A DNA stretch of 45,980 nucleotides from positions 17,676,765-17,722,744 of the forward strand of contig NC_068983.1 in NCBI RefSeq assembly GCF_001194135.2, given 5' to 3'. This DNA comes from Octopus bimaculoides (lineage: Eukaryota). This document shows positions 12,009 through 25,519 of the stretch, piece after piece. The notes below the pieces were generated by a model. The model made no database searches, had not been told where the DNA came from, and saw only the letters and a list, made by a program, of their open reading frames with translations. Position 1 is the first letter of the stretch, and each line of letters begins with the position of its first letter. The translations under genes were made by a program, and so were the position numbers.

Positions 12009-12020
12009 TGTCTGTCTGTG
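11900..12020. repeat. (TATG)n(TATC)n(TG)n compound microsatellite
   Basis: Direct reading. Confidence 0.95.
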
Positions 12021-12334
12021 TGTCTTACTCTCTGCCTGTGTATGCGTATATATGCTTATATGTGTTTATATATATTTCTCATTCTATCTGTCTTGATACT
12101 TAAACACGTGTGCGTTAACCTCCATGCACTTACACAAATAGATTTTCGTGCAGGTATCATCAAACGAATGTCAATGGGCATAAGTCGCTTAGAATCTGGT
12201 GCTTAATGTAATGAAACCCGTAACACTGTACTTTCAAGCAAACTACTTATCCTTGCAACAGTGTATGCAGGGATTACTTAAAATAAACAAAATCCCGAAG
12301 CAATGAATGATCTAATATGTGATTTGTCGAGATG

Positions 12335-12336
<2 letters not shown>

Positions 12337-12422
<86 letters not shown>
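12337..12422. repeat. (GA)n microsatellite
   Basis: Direct reading. Confidence 0.97.
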
Positions 12423-12426
<4 letters not shown>

Positions 12427-13185
12427 CAAACCTCAATCAAATAACATGTTCATTTTCAAAAAGTAACTATATATATAATTAAAGAAATAAAAGAATGGGT
12501 ATATTGGAAAATGCAGTCCTAGAAATACAATGTGTAGGGCTTGGAAGTTCTTGATCACAAGCTTACTAAATGGGATTTGTTCTGGGGCTAAACAGCAGCT
12601 AACAGCAGCTAATTACAAAATGAGTAGGAGTAAGAATATCGTATTAGAATGCATGTTTTACATCCATCCAAGATCTTCTATCACTAATTCTGACCAATGA
12701 AAGTGTCGCTGTGTATTTTTATATTAATTTTACAAAAGCTTCTTTCGCATATACAACTAAATAGTTTTCAACCCCATACTGGCAAAATATCAACATAAAT
12801 ACGCCTAGATATTCTGCCAAAGTAGTTAAATATACTTTTTTTTCTGCGAACGGGAAACTGACACTTTGTTTTGTGTCTGGACATTATCCAAATGTCATCT
12901 ATTGAAAATTTATGGCAGATCAATAAGTAAAACCTGAATTCAATATCTTTTATATGAAATGGGGTGCATATTTGTGGTAGTACAGAAAGAACACTGCAAC
13001 TGAGAATTGCACAAGTGTTATTTCAACTATTAAGACTGTCTCACAATATTCTGGTTGAATGGATTAAATCCAACGACAAAATGTAAAATTCAGTCATCAC
13101 TAAGTGTGACTAAGGGTGCCGACCCAGCTTCATTGATAGAAATAAGAGTTAAAATAATACTCTTAATTCTGTAGGAAGAGCGCAG

Positions 13186-13252
13186 ATATATGCTGACAGG
13201 GGCGCCAACTACTCCATACCGACACGAAAATGGCGCTACTGTCAGCATGTAT
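13186..13252. repeat. 22-bp-arm hairpin (short inverted repeat)
   Basis: ATATATGCTGACAGGGGCGCCA (13186-13207) pairs with TGGCGCTACTGTCAGCATGTAT (13231-13252); 23-nt loop. Confidence 0.9.
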
Positions 13253-13414
13253 ATANNNNNNNNNNNNNNNNNNNNNNNNNNNNNNNNNNNNNNNNNNNNN
13301 NNNNNNNNNNNNNNNNNNNNNNNNNNNNNNNNNNNNNNNNNNNNNNNNNNNNNNNNNNNNNNNNNNNNNNNNNNNNNNNNNNNNNNNNNNNNNNNNNNNN
13401 NATATATATATATA

Positions 13415-13860
13415 TACATACATATACGCGTACATACATGTACATACTTACATATATATGTGTATACATATGCATATATGGATACAGGATGTAATAGAAC
13501 GTAAACAACCTGAAATACGAAAACAACATACGAAATACGAACTGTTTTTGCGAACAACGAAAGAAACAAATGGAAAACAAGAAAGTAACATAAAGAACGA
13601 CTCTTCATCAGTTGTCGGCCGTTTTATCTACTTCGTATTTCGAGCAATTACGAGAAGATGCGCCTTCGTCAAAACAGTTACTCCCGAAAAGCGAATGAAA
13701 TAAAACTTGGGATTTGTGGAGGGTCAAAAAAAGTTCGTATTCCATGTTTTCGCATTATGTATTTCATGTTGTTTACGTTCTATGATGTCCTGTACCCATA
13801 TATGCGTATGTATATACATATATATGTAAGTACGTACATACATGTACGTACATATACATA
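13415..13860. mobile_element. MITE/foldback-like element with ~135-bp imperfect inverted arms
   Basis: Arms about 13415-13550 and 13725-13860, e.g. ATAGAACGTAAACAAC versus GTTGTTTACGTTCTAT; the same peptide appears in opposite-strand ORFs. Confidence 0.75.
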
Positions 13861-14430
13861 TATAAATATTATTCATATATATATATATATATATGTGTGA
13901 GTATATGCGCGCGCGCGCGTGTAGAATACAATTAAAAACATTCTGATCAAGCCACGAGCATTCAATCTTGAAAATGTGAAAGCAGCAAACTTCACTATTC
14001 TAATTCTTGCATTAGCCAGATATGTTTATGCATGTAAGCGTGTGTATGCTTTGTGCATGTATGTGGGCGTGTGTATGCTTGTGTTTGCGAATGTGTATTT
14101 GCAAAATTAGTGATACATAATACCAAGATCTCATTACATGCGCGCTGAGCTTTCAGAGATATATATAAATTGCAAATATTTGGCCTTTAAAGGTTTCATA
14201 TGCACTTTCAATCATCAGTAAGGAAAAAAATAGAGTGGGAGGAAAAAAAGCTGTTCTGAATATAGTTGCATCATTAATCGTTTATTTTCCTGCCTAATTT
14301 TGTAATTTTATATTTCTTGTCGACTAGTGTTTTGCTATATAGCATATTTTGTGTTATATGGTGTAGTGCATTAAAATTGAACTATATTGTAAGCGCATAG
14401 TCAGCCAGCAGGTGAATGTCATATGCGTAC

Positions 14431-14455
14431 GGCCAATATAATAGTTGACGTCACG
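14431..14455 (+). promoter_or_regulatory. CCAAT box adjacent to palindromic CRE (TGACGTCA)
   Basis: GGCCAAT 14431-14437 and TGACGTCA 14446-14453; motif match only. Confidence 0.3.
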
Positions 14456-16292
14456 AAGTTTACAGCTCTTACGTTGTCAATCGTAATGTATAACTGGTAA
14501 TTACTAGCATGTTTCTTGCATTACATAACTGTAGTTATTGCTGATGAGATGTTTTATAATTTTAGTGATTTTGCAATACACATTATTGTCGTTAATTATC
14601 GTTTGATGTAATGCATTTGAAGTTCCATTGTACGATGCATATGCATTCATTTATAAAATCATGTTTTGGTTTTTCTAATTTACCAATTGAAAAGTCAAGT
14701 TAACTAAAAGCCATGATCACCATTTTGAAGTTGAAATTATCTTTCCATTAGTAGGTATAGTATTTTACCGTATAGAATATCATAAATGGAACGTTAATAT
14801 ATCCTACTTCTGCATTCTGTTTTGAAGAATCTCAAGGTTTAGAATAAACGAAGTAATATCTTTTAAAAATACTTCTGGTGAACATATATGTTGAAGTGCT
14901 TTGAGGATGCAATCAGATTTGTAAGCAATATTCTAAGTTTTCTTTCTTTAATGCCAACGTTTTCCTTTAATGTCTAAATTACGTCTTGCAAACATTAATC
15001 TTTGAATAGTTCCAATTAAGTAACACGCATTATGAATATTTAATTATTAGATAGAGGGGTTTCCTACGTCCAGGATTAGGCTCTACTACCGTAGAAGTAT
15101 TTGTTGCTGCCATTATTTTATGGCCTTAATTTATATCTAATTTAACAGATCTATGATTAGAGGCCTTCAGACTCAAGTTTATTTTCAACCAAGTCTTATT
15201 TAGTCTGCATTATTAATTGTTAAATCATATTACTTAAAAATCTAGGTTTGATTTGAGGAAGACCTAGCCGTTATTTGTAAAAGATCGTGAAACTGTGTAA
15301 AGGCTTTGTCGTTTGATCGTGCCTGCTTTATGTTTGGGATTTGTTCTTTTTTGGGACCGTATGAGATATTTCACTAAATATTACTTTACGATACTGTATA
15401 ATACAGGCATTCATTGACTTTAGCTTGTAAAGTTAACACATATTCCAGCAATAAAAAAACTTATTCTTTGAGACATTTTAAACTGTTCTCTGTTATAAAG
15501 TAAGGTGATCCACCCTTTTCCAGTCCATTGTTGTGGTATGTGAGAGAAAATGTTGTTGCTAGCCCCTAGATCACTCCCCAATCCATTTCTTGGATGAAAG
15601 AGACACTGAGAGTGTCGTCTCACAACATTTTCGTAGCGGAGTCAAGAGAATTCTGTGGGAGGCAAAGAAAAAGAGAGAAAAATTGTGCATATTTGAATCG
15701 CCCCTGAAAGGATTAAATGCGAAGTTAACCGGATGGTTTTGACCTTAGAAGGTAAAGAGACAGAACAATTACGAAAAGTCGTTTGCTCGACGCTCTAACG
15801 ATTATGTCCATTGACTTCTTTGTATAGGGCAATAGGCAATACGTAATTACGCTCTATTTCCCACTCAGTATATAACAACGTGTGTGTGCATGAGAGAAAT
15901 GCATTGTTTAAGACTGAAGTGATAAATATTATTGCGTGTAGAATGATTAAGAAATCTCATGTAGAGTCACTCGCTTCCCTGTTTCTTTCTTATTGTTCCG
16001 CAGCTTGTGCGATTTTCTTATTTTACCGTTGTCTCAGTTATAGTCAAGCTTTGTGAGTGAATTGGGCGGACAGAAACTGCATGGATTGTTTTGTAATTCA
16101 AAGATTTGGCATTGCCACATACTGTGTTACACTGCTCCTACGCTGGGTAAAATTATTTATTGTATGTTCGACCACTTACACATTAATTTAACAAGAAGGT
16201 TATTTAGCCGATCGAATAATTCAATCATCTCATCGAAAATGATGGTGATCCATTCACTTAACTTACAAGGACAAATAAGTAAATCTGTTATC

Positions 16293-16678
16293 ATTTACTT
16301 GTTTCAGTCAAAGGACTGATTCCATGCTGGAGTATCGCCTTGAAGGGTTTCTTAGTCGAATAAATCGCTCCCGAACTTATATTTAATTCTGGCACTGATC
16401 TGATTGGTCTGGTTTATCGAACAGCTAATTTAAGAGGACTAAAACCAATATCAGTTGTGAAGCGATGCGGCTATGGAGACAAACATAGAAAAAAAGACAC
16501 ACATTTATATATACGTTGGGCTCCCGCACAGTTTTTGTCTATGAAATTCAGTCACAAGGCCCAGGACAATAGCAGGACAATCAGCCCAGGACAATAGCAG
16601 AAGATGACATGCAATGAAATCGAACGCAAAACCGTGGTTGAAAAGCGAACTTCTTAACCATACATGCATACCCGCACC
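16293..16678 (-). mobile_element. SINE family B, old degenerate copy
   Basis: TTTACTTGTTTCAGTCA...CCATGCTGGAG...AGTCACAAGGC colinear with 11421-11828. Confidence 0.75.
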
Positions 16679-18164
16679 AACTCACAATCATATATGTAAG
16701 TTATTTCATACAATATAAAAACTCTAGAACATTCGCCTTTTCTCTGCTTATTTTATATACGTGCGTACGAGCGCACGCACGTCTGTGTATGTATGCTCGC
16801 ATACATATGTGTATATGTGTTGTATATTTATAGTTCAGCAGATTTGCTGATGAAATCTCTCTTCGAGCGTAAGACTCTCAATACATTTTTGCTTACTTGC
16901 AGTTATTACGCAGGTTAAAACACTTTTCAGAATTACCAAACCCTTAAGTTGGCGAAACATTTTCAGACAACAGTATTAGTATTAACATTAGTATTAATAG
17001 TAATAGAATTAGTAGTCGTAGTAGTAATAGTATGTAGTAGTAGCGCTGTTGATAATGGCTTTTGCTTTGGCTTTTCTTTTCTTTCATTTTTGCCCATTTT
17101 CTTTTCTGTCTATATGTGTTCCATGAAGTTATTTCATCTGACATGATGGTGGATTAATTGAAGTGACCAGTTCTGGCTGATCTCAAATCCTTTTTAAATC
17201 TCTATTGTTAATGTATCTTGCTTGATCAAATTGTATTTTTAACTCTTTACAGCGTTCGTATTTTTTGTGGAATTTTGTTTTTTTTTATTCGTTTTTTTTT
17301 TATGGTATAACACTTTCCAGAACACTTTAAAGGAGATTATTAAAGACAAGGAAGTTCGCAAGAAGTATAAAAATGAGAGAAAAAATAACAAAAAAACGAA
17401 AACAAACACACACAAAAAGCAAGCAATAAATAAAGAAGGAAAATGGAGAAAGTTGGAACGAAAATAGAACTGAAAAGAGTCGAAAAGTGGTTTGATGAAG
17501 AAAAAAAAAAAAAAAGACGGAAAAGAAATGATGGCTGATAGAGAAAACGAGAAAATAGCTGTAAAGGCGGACAGTATAAGACAAGAACAAAAATAAATGA
17601 ATGAAAAAATAAATACAAAATATACAAGTATAAAAATGTAAAAATCTAAGATGTATAAAATGTAAACAACATAAAAACAAAAATACGAAATATAAAAATA
17701 TAGAATATATAAAAATATAAAAATTTGAAATATAAAAAATATAGAAAATATCGAAATATAAAATATAAAAAAGTATAAATGATATAAAAGAGGAGAAAGG
17801 CTAATTTCTCCCTATACACAAGATTCATATGACAGATATCTATGTAAAATTTTGGATAATAAACACGATGGGACTCACTTTCCTCCCTAGATTACACCGA
17901 TTTTAATGCTAGCAGATTAACATAAAAGGGTGTGCTAAGTGACTACTCTCTTTCACTAATTCCTTAAACTACGCCACCTTGATTATTTGTTGAGTATTTT
18001 AACTGAAACAGAAGCAGCATGACTGAGAGTTGCTTAAGGAGTAGGTAAATATCCATATGCATTAGATGTGAACAGTGAACAACAGTGTATCGAAATAATG
18101 GAGCATTCTCCAACGTTCTGATCCGTCAGTAGTTTATAAATACAGAAATGCGTGGTTACTGCAG

Positions 18165-18325
18165 ATGCAACATGGCTGAATAAACATTTGTTTGTTTTCA
18201 AATCACAAGCTCGTGGGTTCTATTGCGCTGCTTGGCATGAGAAGGTTAGCGTTTTTATCTTTTCGTTATTGTGTCTCTTCGACCCAAAACTGGTGAGTAA
18301 ATTCAGGTAGACGGAAATCATTATA
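18165..18325 (+). mobile_element. SINE family B, degenerate 5' half
   Basis: CATGGCTG...GGGTTCTATTGCGCTGCTTGGCA...GGTGAGTAAATTCAGGTAGACGGAAA. Confidence 0.5.
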
Positions 18326-18603
18326 CCTGTAACGGGAAAAGTACCGCGTTTTAAATATAATTTTACTGTTAGCGTTACATGGGTCAGCTGGATGCCAAAT
18401 TACTTCATTCTAATTTAATGTGCACTAAACAAGTTGCATTTCATGAGACAACTTTAAGATGGTAATGTCTCCATGGAGAGTATTGAAATTCTCAACTGCC
18501 TATTTCCGCTCAGTACACACATACAATCGTACATAAAAACACTCACTCACCCACTCACTCATTCATTCACTCACTCATCCTCTCTCTCTCTCTCTCCCTC
18601 TCT

Positions 18604-18648
<45 letters not shown>

Positions 18649-18744
18649 TACACACGCGCGCGTATGCATATATCCACAGACACCTAAATGTTACTATAAA
18701 GGCACCGGGAAATTATGTTAGCTATCATTCCAAAATAATGAACG

Positions 18745-19050
18745 GAAAACTTGTTGTTTGCTAGTGGAGGTTGTTAGTTGAAGTTTCGCAAATCGTATCC
18801 TGAGTGAGGCCTATCAAACCTAGGGCATTGCAGAAATTAGAAGAAAAAGAGCCATGAAAAACGTAGGGGTTGCTGATAAAGCATCCAGATGGCTCTGGCT
18901 GAGAAGAGATTATCGTTGGGATCATTAGAATCTGCTTGGACACAGATCTAGACTTGATCGACCTAAGTCAGAGCGCCTGAATGAGGATGTATGCTGTAAG
19001 ATCCAAAACAACTAATGATAAAACACGATAAAACATCGACGACGTGTCCA
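18745..19050 (+). mobile_element. HERO/NeSL-like RLE non-LTR retrotransposon 3' end
   Basis: LVEVVS*SFANRILSEAYQT*GIAEIRRKRAMKNVGVADKASRWLWLRRD matches the PVEVGCRGF...AEKASRWLWLKR C-terminus of these elements, followed by 3'-UTR-like sequence. Confidence 0.7.
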
Positions 19051-20648
19051 AGTATTGAATCTGTTCATGTATGCTGAATTATGGATAAACATAATACTGC
19101 ATTCATTTTTCGACTTGAAATGAAAGAACTTTAAAGCATAAATAAAACTAAGTTAAATCGAAATCGCGCTTCTCTTGTTCTTAAAGCCGTATGATCCTTC
19201 TACAGATTACAATTTTAAAGTTGCATGAGAGGAAATATAAATATATTTGTGTGTAGATTCCCTGAGTATGTTCTCGCAAACATTAGTTTCACCGTTCAGT
19301 GATCATACATTGTAATCCTATACTGTCCCTAGCCATTCTAAGATCTGGTCGTAACGACGGTATTATGCTTAGCTAGTGAGGTCTAATAAACCGAAATATA
19401 TTCCAAATTATCACTGCATTAACAAATGTCAAAGTAACCTTCCACTGGATTCTAATTTTCAACTAATTCTAATTAATTTTAATTGCGAGTTTGTCCCCGG
19501 TGTCGTTAAGATAGGGATTTGCTCCTCCTCACTACGAAAGTTTAATTAAAATAAATTCGTTAATACAAGTATCTCAAGCACAGATTTTAATACTCATATG
19601 CTGTATACTGTATTCAATGAGTTTTTGATTTTTCTGTCATATATTATCAAGACTACACTAGCAGGATGATTTATTGTGAATACTGGCAGGTATAGAATCA
19701 ATCTGATCGAGTTGATATGCGGGGGTTCTTATAGAACTGAAAAAAGATAAGACCCGTCTAAGTCTAAATCAAAACTTTACGAGTGATGAACGCATGTGTT
19801 CTCTGGAGCAATTAAGACCCCAGGTCTAGAGGTCAAATCAAGTACTAACAGAGACGGACCATGCATTAAGCACCATGCAACCTCAACTCACCTAGCTACA
19901 ATTGTATTGTTAGTAATAGATCCCATTGCAATCACTAATACGTGAACCATCCACTAGTAGCGTTAATCTAAAATATGCATTAATGGATAGTTGTTTTGGC
20001 TGACCAGATTAAATAGACAAGAGGCACACGTCATTTTAGAGCTGTTAATCTTCCAAAGTGCGAGACAATTGCCACTTTCTCTCCAGCGAACACTTTAAAT
20101 GCTTTATCGCATAATCCTATTTCCAATATTTCTTTTCTTCACTATTTCTTTGTCACTACCCCATCTCTCTCTATCTCTTTCTTCCAATTCCAGCCAGTTT
20201 AATCAAGTAATCTCTGAGAAAAAACGAAAAACAAAACAAACCACCCAAAAAAACTTCCTTTCTCGTTTAAGAAGAAAAATAGATGTTGCGGAATATTCAG
20301 AGAACTTTCGAAAATAGCAATAATAAGCTATCATTTTTCTCTCCAATTTTTGTCATTTCTCCTCTATTTATTTTCGCTTTATTTTCCTTTCTTCTTTTTC
20401 CACATTCTTTTTTTCTTACTTTTATAATTTTGTTTTTATATTTTTGTTTTTCTCTCTTTTGTTTTATCATTCTATTTTTTTTTTATATAGAGCCTATTCT
20501 GTATTTATTCACTTTCTTCATTTCATTTCTTTGTTCCATTCTGCCGATGACTTTCTTATTTTATTCATTCAGTTTCCTTTTTTCATTGCGTCATTAATCA
20601 CTTTCTACATTCATTGCGCACCATTACTATCATTCCCTTACATTAAAC

Positions 20649-20770
<122 letters not shown>

Positions 20771-21875
20771 CATACAAATATACACATAACAGAAGAGATG
20801 CCACCTTTTTTCTTTCCAGTTTGTTTGCTCGATTCATAGCTTTAGTGTCCGCTTTGGTGTCTCAGAAACTACTGAAGCGAGGGGGTCCAATAATGTTATC
20901 AATGATTACTAGCTAAAATAAAAAAAAAGAATTGCTTTGTCGTTATACTTGTATTATAATTTTGTTTTTTACCAAGTTATTTGGCTGTATGCGGTATAAC
21001 TAATATGAAAAACGAAATGACTTACAAGAAAAACGAAAGAGCAATAGAAATACTGGATACAGGAAAAAAAATAAGCGAAAACGAAATATATGACACGGGA
21101 AACGAAATGAAACAGAACTAAATTCACAAAACAACAACAACGACAACGACACAAAGCAACAGCAACAACGACGACCTCAGTAATAACAACAGCGCTATCA
21201 GATATCAGTAGTGGTGGTCGTGGTGGTAGTGGCTGCTATTTATTTCTAGATCAAACCTGACTGAACAAGACCTATGATAAATGCCGTTCTCGCCTTGAAT
21301 ATCTCATTTGAATTATTGTATATTTAGGAGTGCATTACTCAATGTGCTTTCCCATTTTTCCCAAGACAGACGCACTCCTGTGCTACTCACCTCGTCTCTC
21401 ATCAACCTCGCTGTGTGCAATGCTCCAGGCCCAGTACTAATCGCTGCGCTCAATCTTTTCCTTTCCACAGAACGTGAATCATTTTGAAGTTTGTTTCTTT
21501 TTTGTAGGAGTGACATCAATTTCAGATTAGGAGAGCCTTCAAAGGCCTTGAGAATTACATTTTTGTTCAGATACAGCAATTATAAAAACATTGAGTGAGC
21601 TTTGGTTACTCTTTTTAGGTTGAGCAACTATGCGGGTGTCCCCTATTTAGATTTAATTATTGAGGATTATAACAGTTATTCATAGCAAAATAAATTCAAA
21701 TATTTCAGAATAAATTAACAGCCATATATCTAAAACACTAATTTATTTTCTCGTATATTTGTCAGACCTTTTGTTAATATTGACCAAGTATTTCTTACGA
21801 TTATGTAATGGAGTGGGAAAGGAGTCAATTTCTTTTCACAGATATTATATTAAGATGCTCATTAAAAGAGATATA

Positions 21876-22620
21876 TTACGTGGGTGAAGACCTTCTTTAG
21901 CTTGGAGTACCGGTGTTTCTCCTTTCCCTACCTACTGTCTTCGGCGCTTGACATTTTTATAGAGAATCCATTTCTCGTCACCAGTCACTGTTCGGTCCAA
22001 AAAAGGTTCATTCCTGATACGTGACAGCAAAGAAGAACACACGTTCACTCTCTGCGCGCGATTAGACTCGAAAAGTTTGTGAGGAACCCATTGACTTAAT
22101 TTACTAACTTTACCGATGGCACACAGGTGTCAATGAATGGTTCAATAACCAAATCCAAGCTTCTCTGCTAGTCCCTCAATAGTTACGATGGGATTTTGTT
22201 CCACCAGGGTTTGCAAGACGTCCTCGTCAAGCTCTACAGATCTTCCAGAACGAGGATTGTCTTCTAGGTTGTAGTTTCCGACTCGGAATTTCTGAAACCA
22301 CCGTTGACACGGCCCAACGTTTATTGTCGAATCCTCATATACTGCATTAATATTCCTCGCGCTTTCCGTTGCGTTGTTGCCTTTATTGAACTCATAAAGA
22401 AAAATATGCCGAATATGTTCCTTTGACAGTTCCATTATAGCTTTGAAAAAATAACTGTTAAAATCGAAGTGCACTCTTCAAAACTTGCACGAAGAATAAG
22501 TAACACGGTAAAATTACTACCTATTTTTATTGCAAGTTGATGCAAGTAGTTTATCTCATCTCTCTCTGACTTTTAGTTTATGCAATTGTAAAAAGCGCAT
22601 TATTTTATTTTATAACTTTT
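21876..22620 (-). mobile_element. Mariner transposon, 5' half, defective
   Basis: ORF 22142-22474 MELSKEHIRHIFLYEFNKG...RWFQKFR...EDNPRSGRS (mariner HTH domains), continuing after a stop to WVPHKL and VTGDEKWILY; TIR remnant about 22588-22620; breaks off after GLHPR. Confidence 0.9.
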
Positions 22621-24919
22621 ATTTTATTTTATTTTATAAAGTGCAATATTTTATTCCGTGTACTTATAGTAAAAAAGGATATTATGGAAGACAGGAGTGA
22701 ATGGTTTATATGTCTCAGTGATGTGAATTTTACTTCTGATTTTCAATAATTTCTGCATGAACTTATGGATTAATAATATCGATATGTTGTTCTCTTTAGT
22801 AAAATACTACATTTGAGGTTATTACAAAAATAACATTAATACTGTATTAAAAAACCTGACGTAAATGAGATGTTAAATTATGGAGAAGCCTCTTACTCAA
22901 TGAAAATATATTTCTTGTAGTGGAGGCTCTATGCGTATTAAGCTAATTGTGAATAGGTCATGGTGGGCGGTTGCATCCAGTTTTCAGAATTAAGATTTGA
23001 ATCCAACGGCAGGGCAGATGAGACAAATGATGGATTATGCTTTTACGCTAAACTATTCTCTTATCACTACATGTTCACGAAAACTTGGTGAATTGGCTGT
23101 AGATTTGACTGTGCTACCTACAACATATGGATACGCTGGTATCATCATTTATGAAGCGGTAATGTTATTCTTTATCATATAGAAATGCAGAGAAGCCAGA
23201 ATATCAAAGAAATTCTGAAATAGAATTTAATAATCGTAAGAAAGGCAAATCTCGTTTTCATTTTCCGAGCTTATTTTATAAAGGTTCTCCTAATAAATGG
23301 AAAAATTGAAGGAGATATTTCAATGCAATTATCTTTTCAAAATTTTACCTGATGTAAAACTGAGAATTATTTTATTTCGTCTGTCTTTTTAGCCCACAAT
23401 GAACTCACAATGTCGAGTAGATTACTTTACAAGGTGTTTTGCCTAATTTTAGTAGATTTTAAAATCAAGCTTTAACAAAGATAAGTGAAAATCATTTTTA
23501 TTTGTTAATTTATATTATTTAGGTTTTCAATATATTCTTTTGTACAAACACCGGTAATGCAATGAAAAGGTTTCCATACATGCATTTACAGGAAAGACGT
23601 TGTAAAAGGTTTTCTGTTTTAAATTCCCACTTTAAATTTCGTTAAACTGTGAGAGATATCTAACAAATAAATTCTCTCTAAAATGTCTTTATATATTTCT
23701 AAGTTTGATACATTATCAGTAATAGTAGTCGCCATCTTCTATTATAAAAAAAAATAAGAGCGACTGTAACATCGTGTGTTACTGTCTCTCTCATTCGATT
23801 AGTTTAGTGCTTTGCGATATTTTTAAAGTGTTTTTGATTTGTTTTCCTAACGTAAGTTAGATTGTTCTGTGTATTTTATTGTTCTCACATCACGGAAAAG
23901 GAAGAGAGTTGAATTATTATGTATCTTCCCATTTAGGGGAAGAAATCCAGTATTTTATTTATTTTTCTATCTTTCCCGAAATATTTTTCGTTGCAATGTT
24001 GCAACGATGGCGACGTTGAAAGATGTTTCCCAAAATAGTAATGGCGAATTTCTTCATTGGGAGGAAAATAAAAATAAAATGGAAACATTTTATGTCTTAA
24101 TAATATTTTCCACAATAACAACGCAGCAATAACGTTAATAGTAATATATCTATTCATTATTCATTCTTAATACGTCCTGACAGATTCGAACGTGAATATG
24201 TGCCAGAACGTATTGACAATGAACAGATACGTTATTGTTTGGATTCTCACAGTTCTGCGTGTATCTCATAAATAATAATAATCTTAGGAAAAAAAGAACA
24301 AAAACAAACATCCCCAAAACAAAACAAAGAAACACACATATACACAAAATTAAAACTATGGAGTAAATACATGTGAAAATGAGTGTAACAACAACGCCAA
24401 CGACAACTACAGCACAGACACAGCAGGGGGTCGTCTATGCAGTTACTTAGCCTACTAGAAATAGCAGCCAAATCCCCGTGAAATCATAACTGTCTTAAGA
24501 ATAAAAGTGAAAATTAGTCCTCGTTAAAAAAATCTGTACTATTACATTTTTAATACATTTGATCATGTAGACGCTCATTCAGATGTGATCTAGGGCAAAG
24601 AACAACAGTAGCAATAACAATAACAATAACAATGGCGGCAGGGTTATTTGAGTGGAAGTAGTCGAGCGAATATTTATACGTCAATGAAGAAAATGCACAC
24701 ACACACACACGCGCGCGCGCGCGCGCGCGTAGACATGTATATTGTATGAAAATGAAGTCAACTGAGACTTTATGATAAATTTAATTCTGCCTTCATTATA
24801 GAGGTTCATCATGAATAAATGCTCAGTTGTTTATCTTAAAATGATATTAAATATTTGCATTAGCTTAAAATTTACACACAGACACAGACAGATACATACA
24901 CATACACACCTGTGCACGC

Positions 24920-24921
24920 AT

Positions 24922-25010
<89 letters not shown>
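24920..25010. repeat. (CA)n microsatellite
   Basis: Direct reading. Confidence 0.97.
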
Positions 25011-25013
<3 letters not shown>

Positions 25014-25519
25014 GGACAATGCTTTCCCGTTAACATTTAGACTTAGGCCTGATGGCCCCAAAATTGTAAAGAAGTCGATCACACATCTGTCACAAAGAAA
25101 GAATAGGGCTATTAAATCTAATTTCACGAGGGGAGACGTAAGATGTTTCTGTTATCTACGTACGTCTACATAAGTAGTATATGGAAAATCTACTTAATCT
25201 GGATATGATAATTATGTTAAAAGAACTGAGGCCATACATTAGACATATGTGGAGGATTTTCTATTTTGCCTTCGAGGATATAGATTTTCTAGTTGGAGTC
25301 ATTTGTGAAGATAAAATGTCTCTATGAAATCTGTATCGAAGAGGTTAATGCTTGTGAAATGTAAGCAATTATTTTTGTTTGAAATCTTATGGCAATAACG
25401 GCAGTTAGACCTTCAGTTTCCTGTAGACATCGTCTCAAAGATTTTGAGTGAAATCGTCGTTGTCAGTGTGGATAAATGTGCAGACAGGTTCGGAATGGAG
25501 TTATATTTCCAAATAAACG

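Noticed and set aside
13595-13620. Minus-strand CTGATGA as another hammerhead
   Set aside because: No GAAA at a suitable distance; the same applies to matches near 14213, 14540, 30205, 41205 and 44922.
14120-14140. bantam-like seed (TGAGATC on the minus strand)
   Set aside because: Only the seed matches, and there is no precursor hairpin.
21313-21579. 88-aa minus-strand ORF as a CDS
   Set aside because: Starts at a non-ATG codon, has no recognisable domain, and contains an internal donor-like site.
22988-23087. 100-nt AG...GT segment with one open frame (LRFESNGRADETNDGLCFY...)
   Set aside because: Splice signals are ordinary, the peptide is unrecognised, and no compatible neighbouring exons were found.
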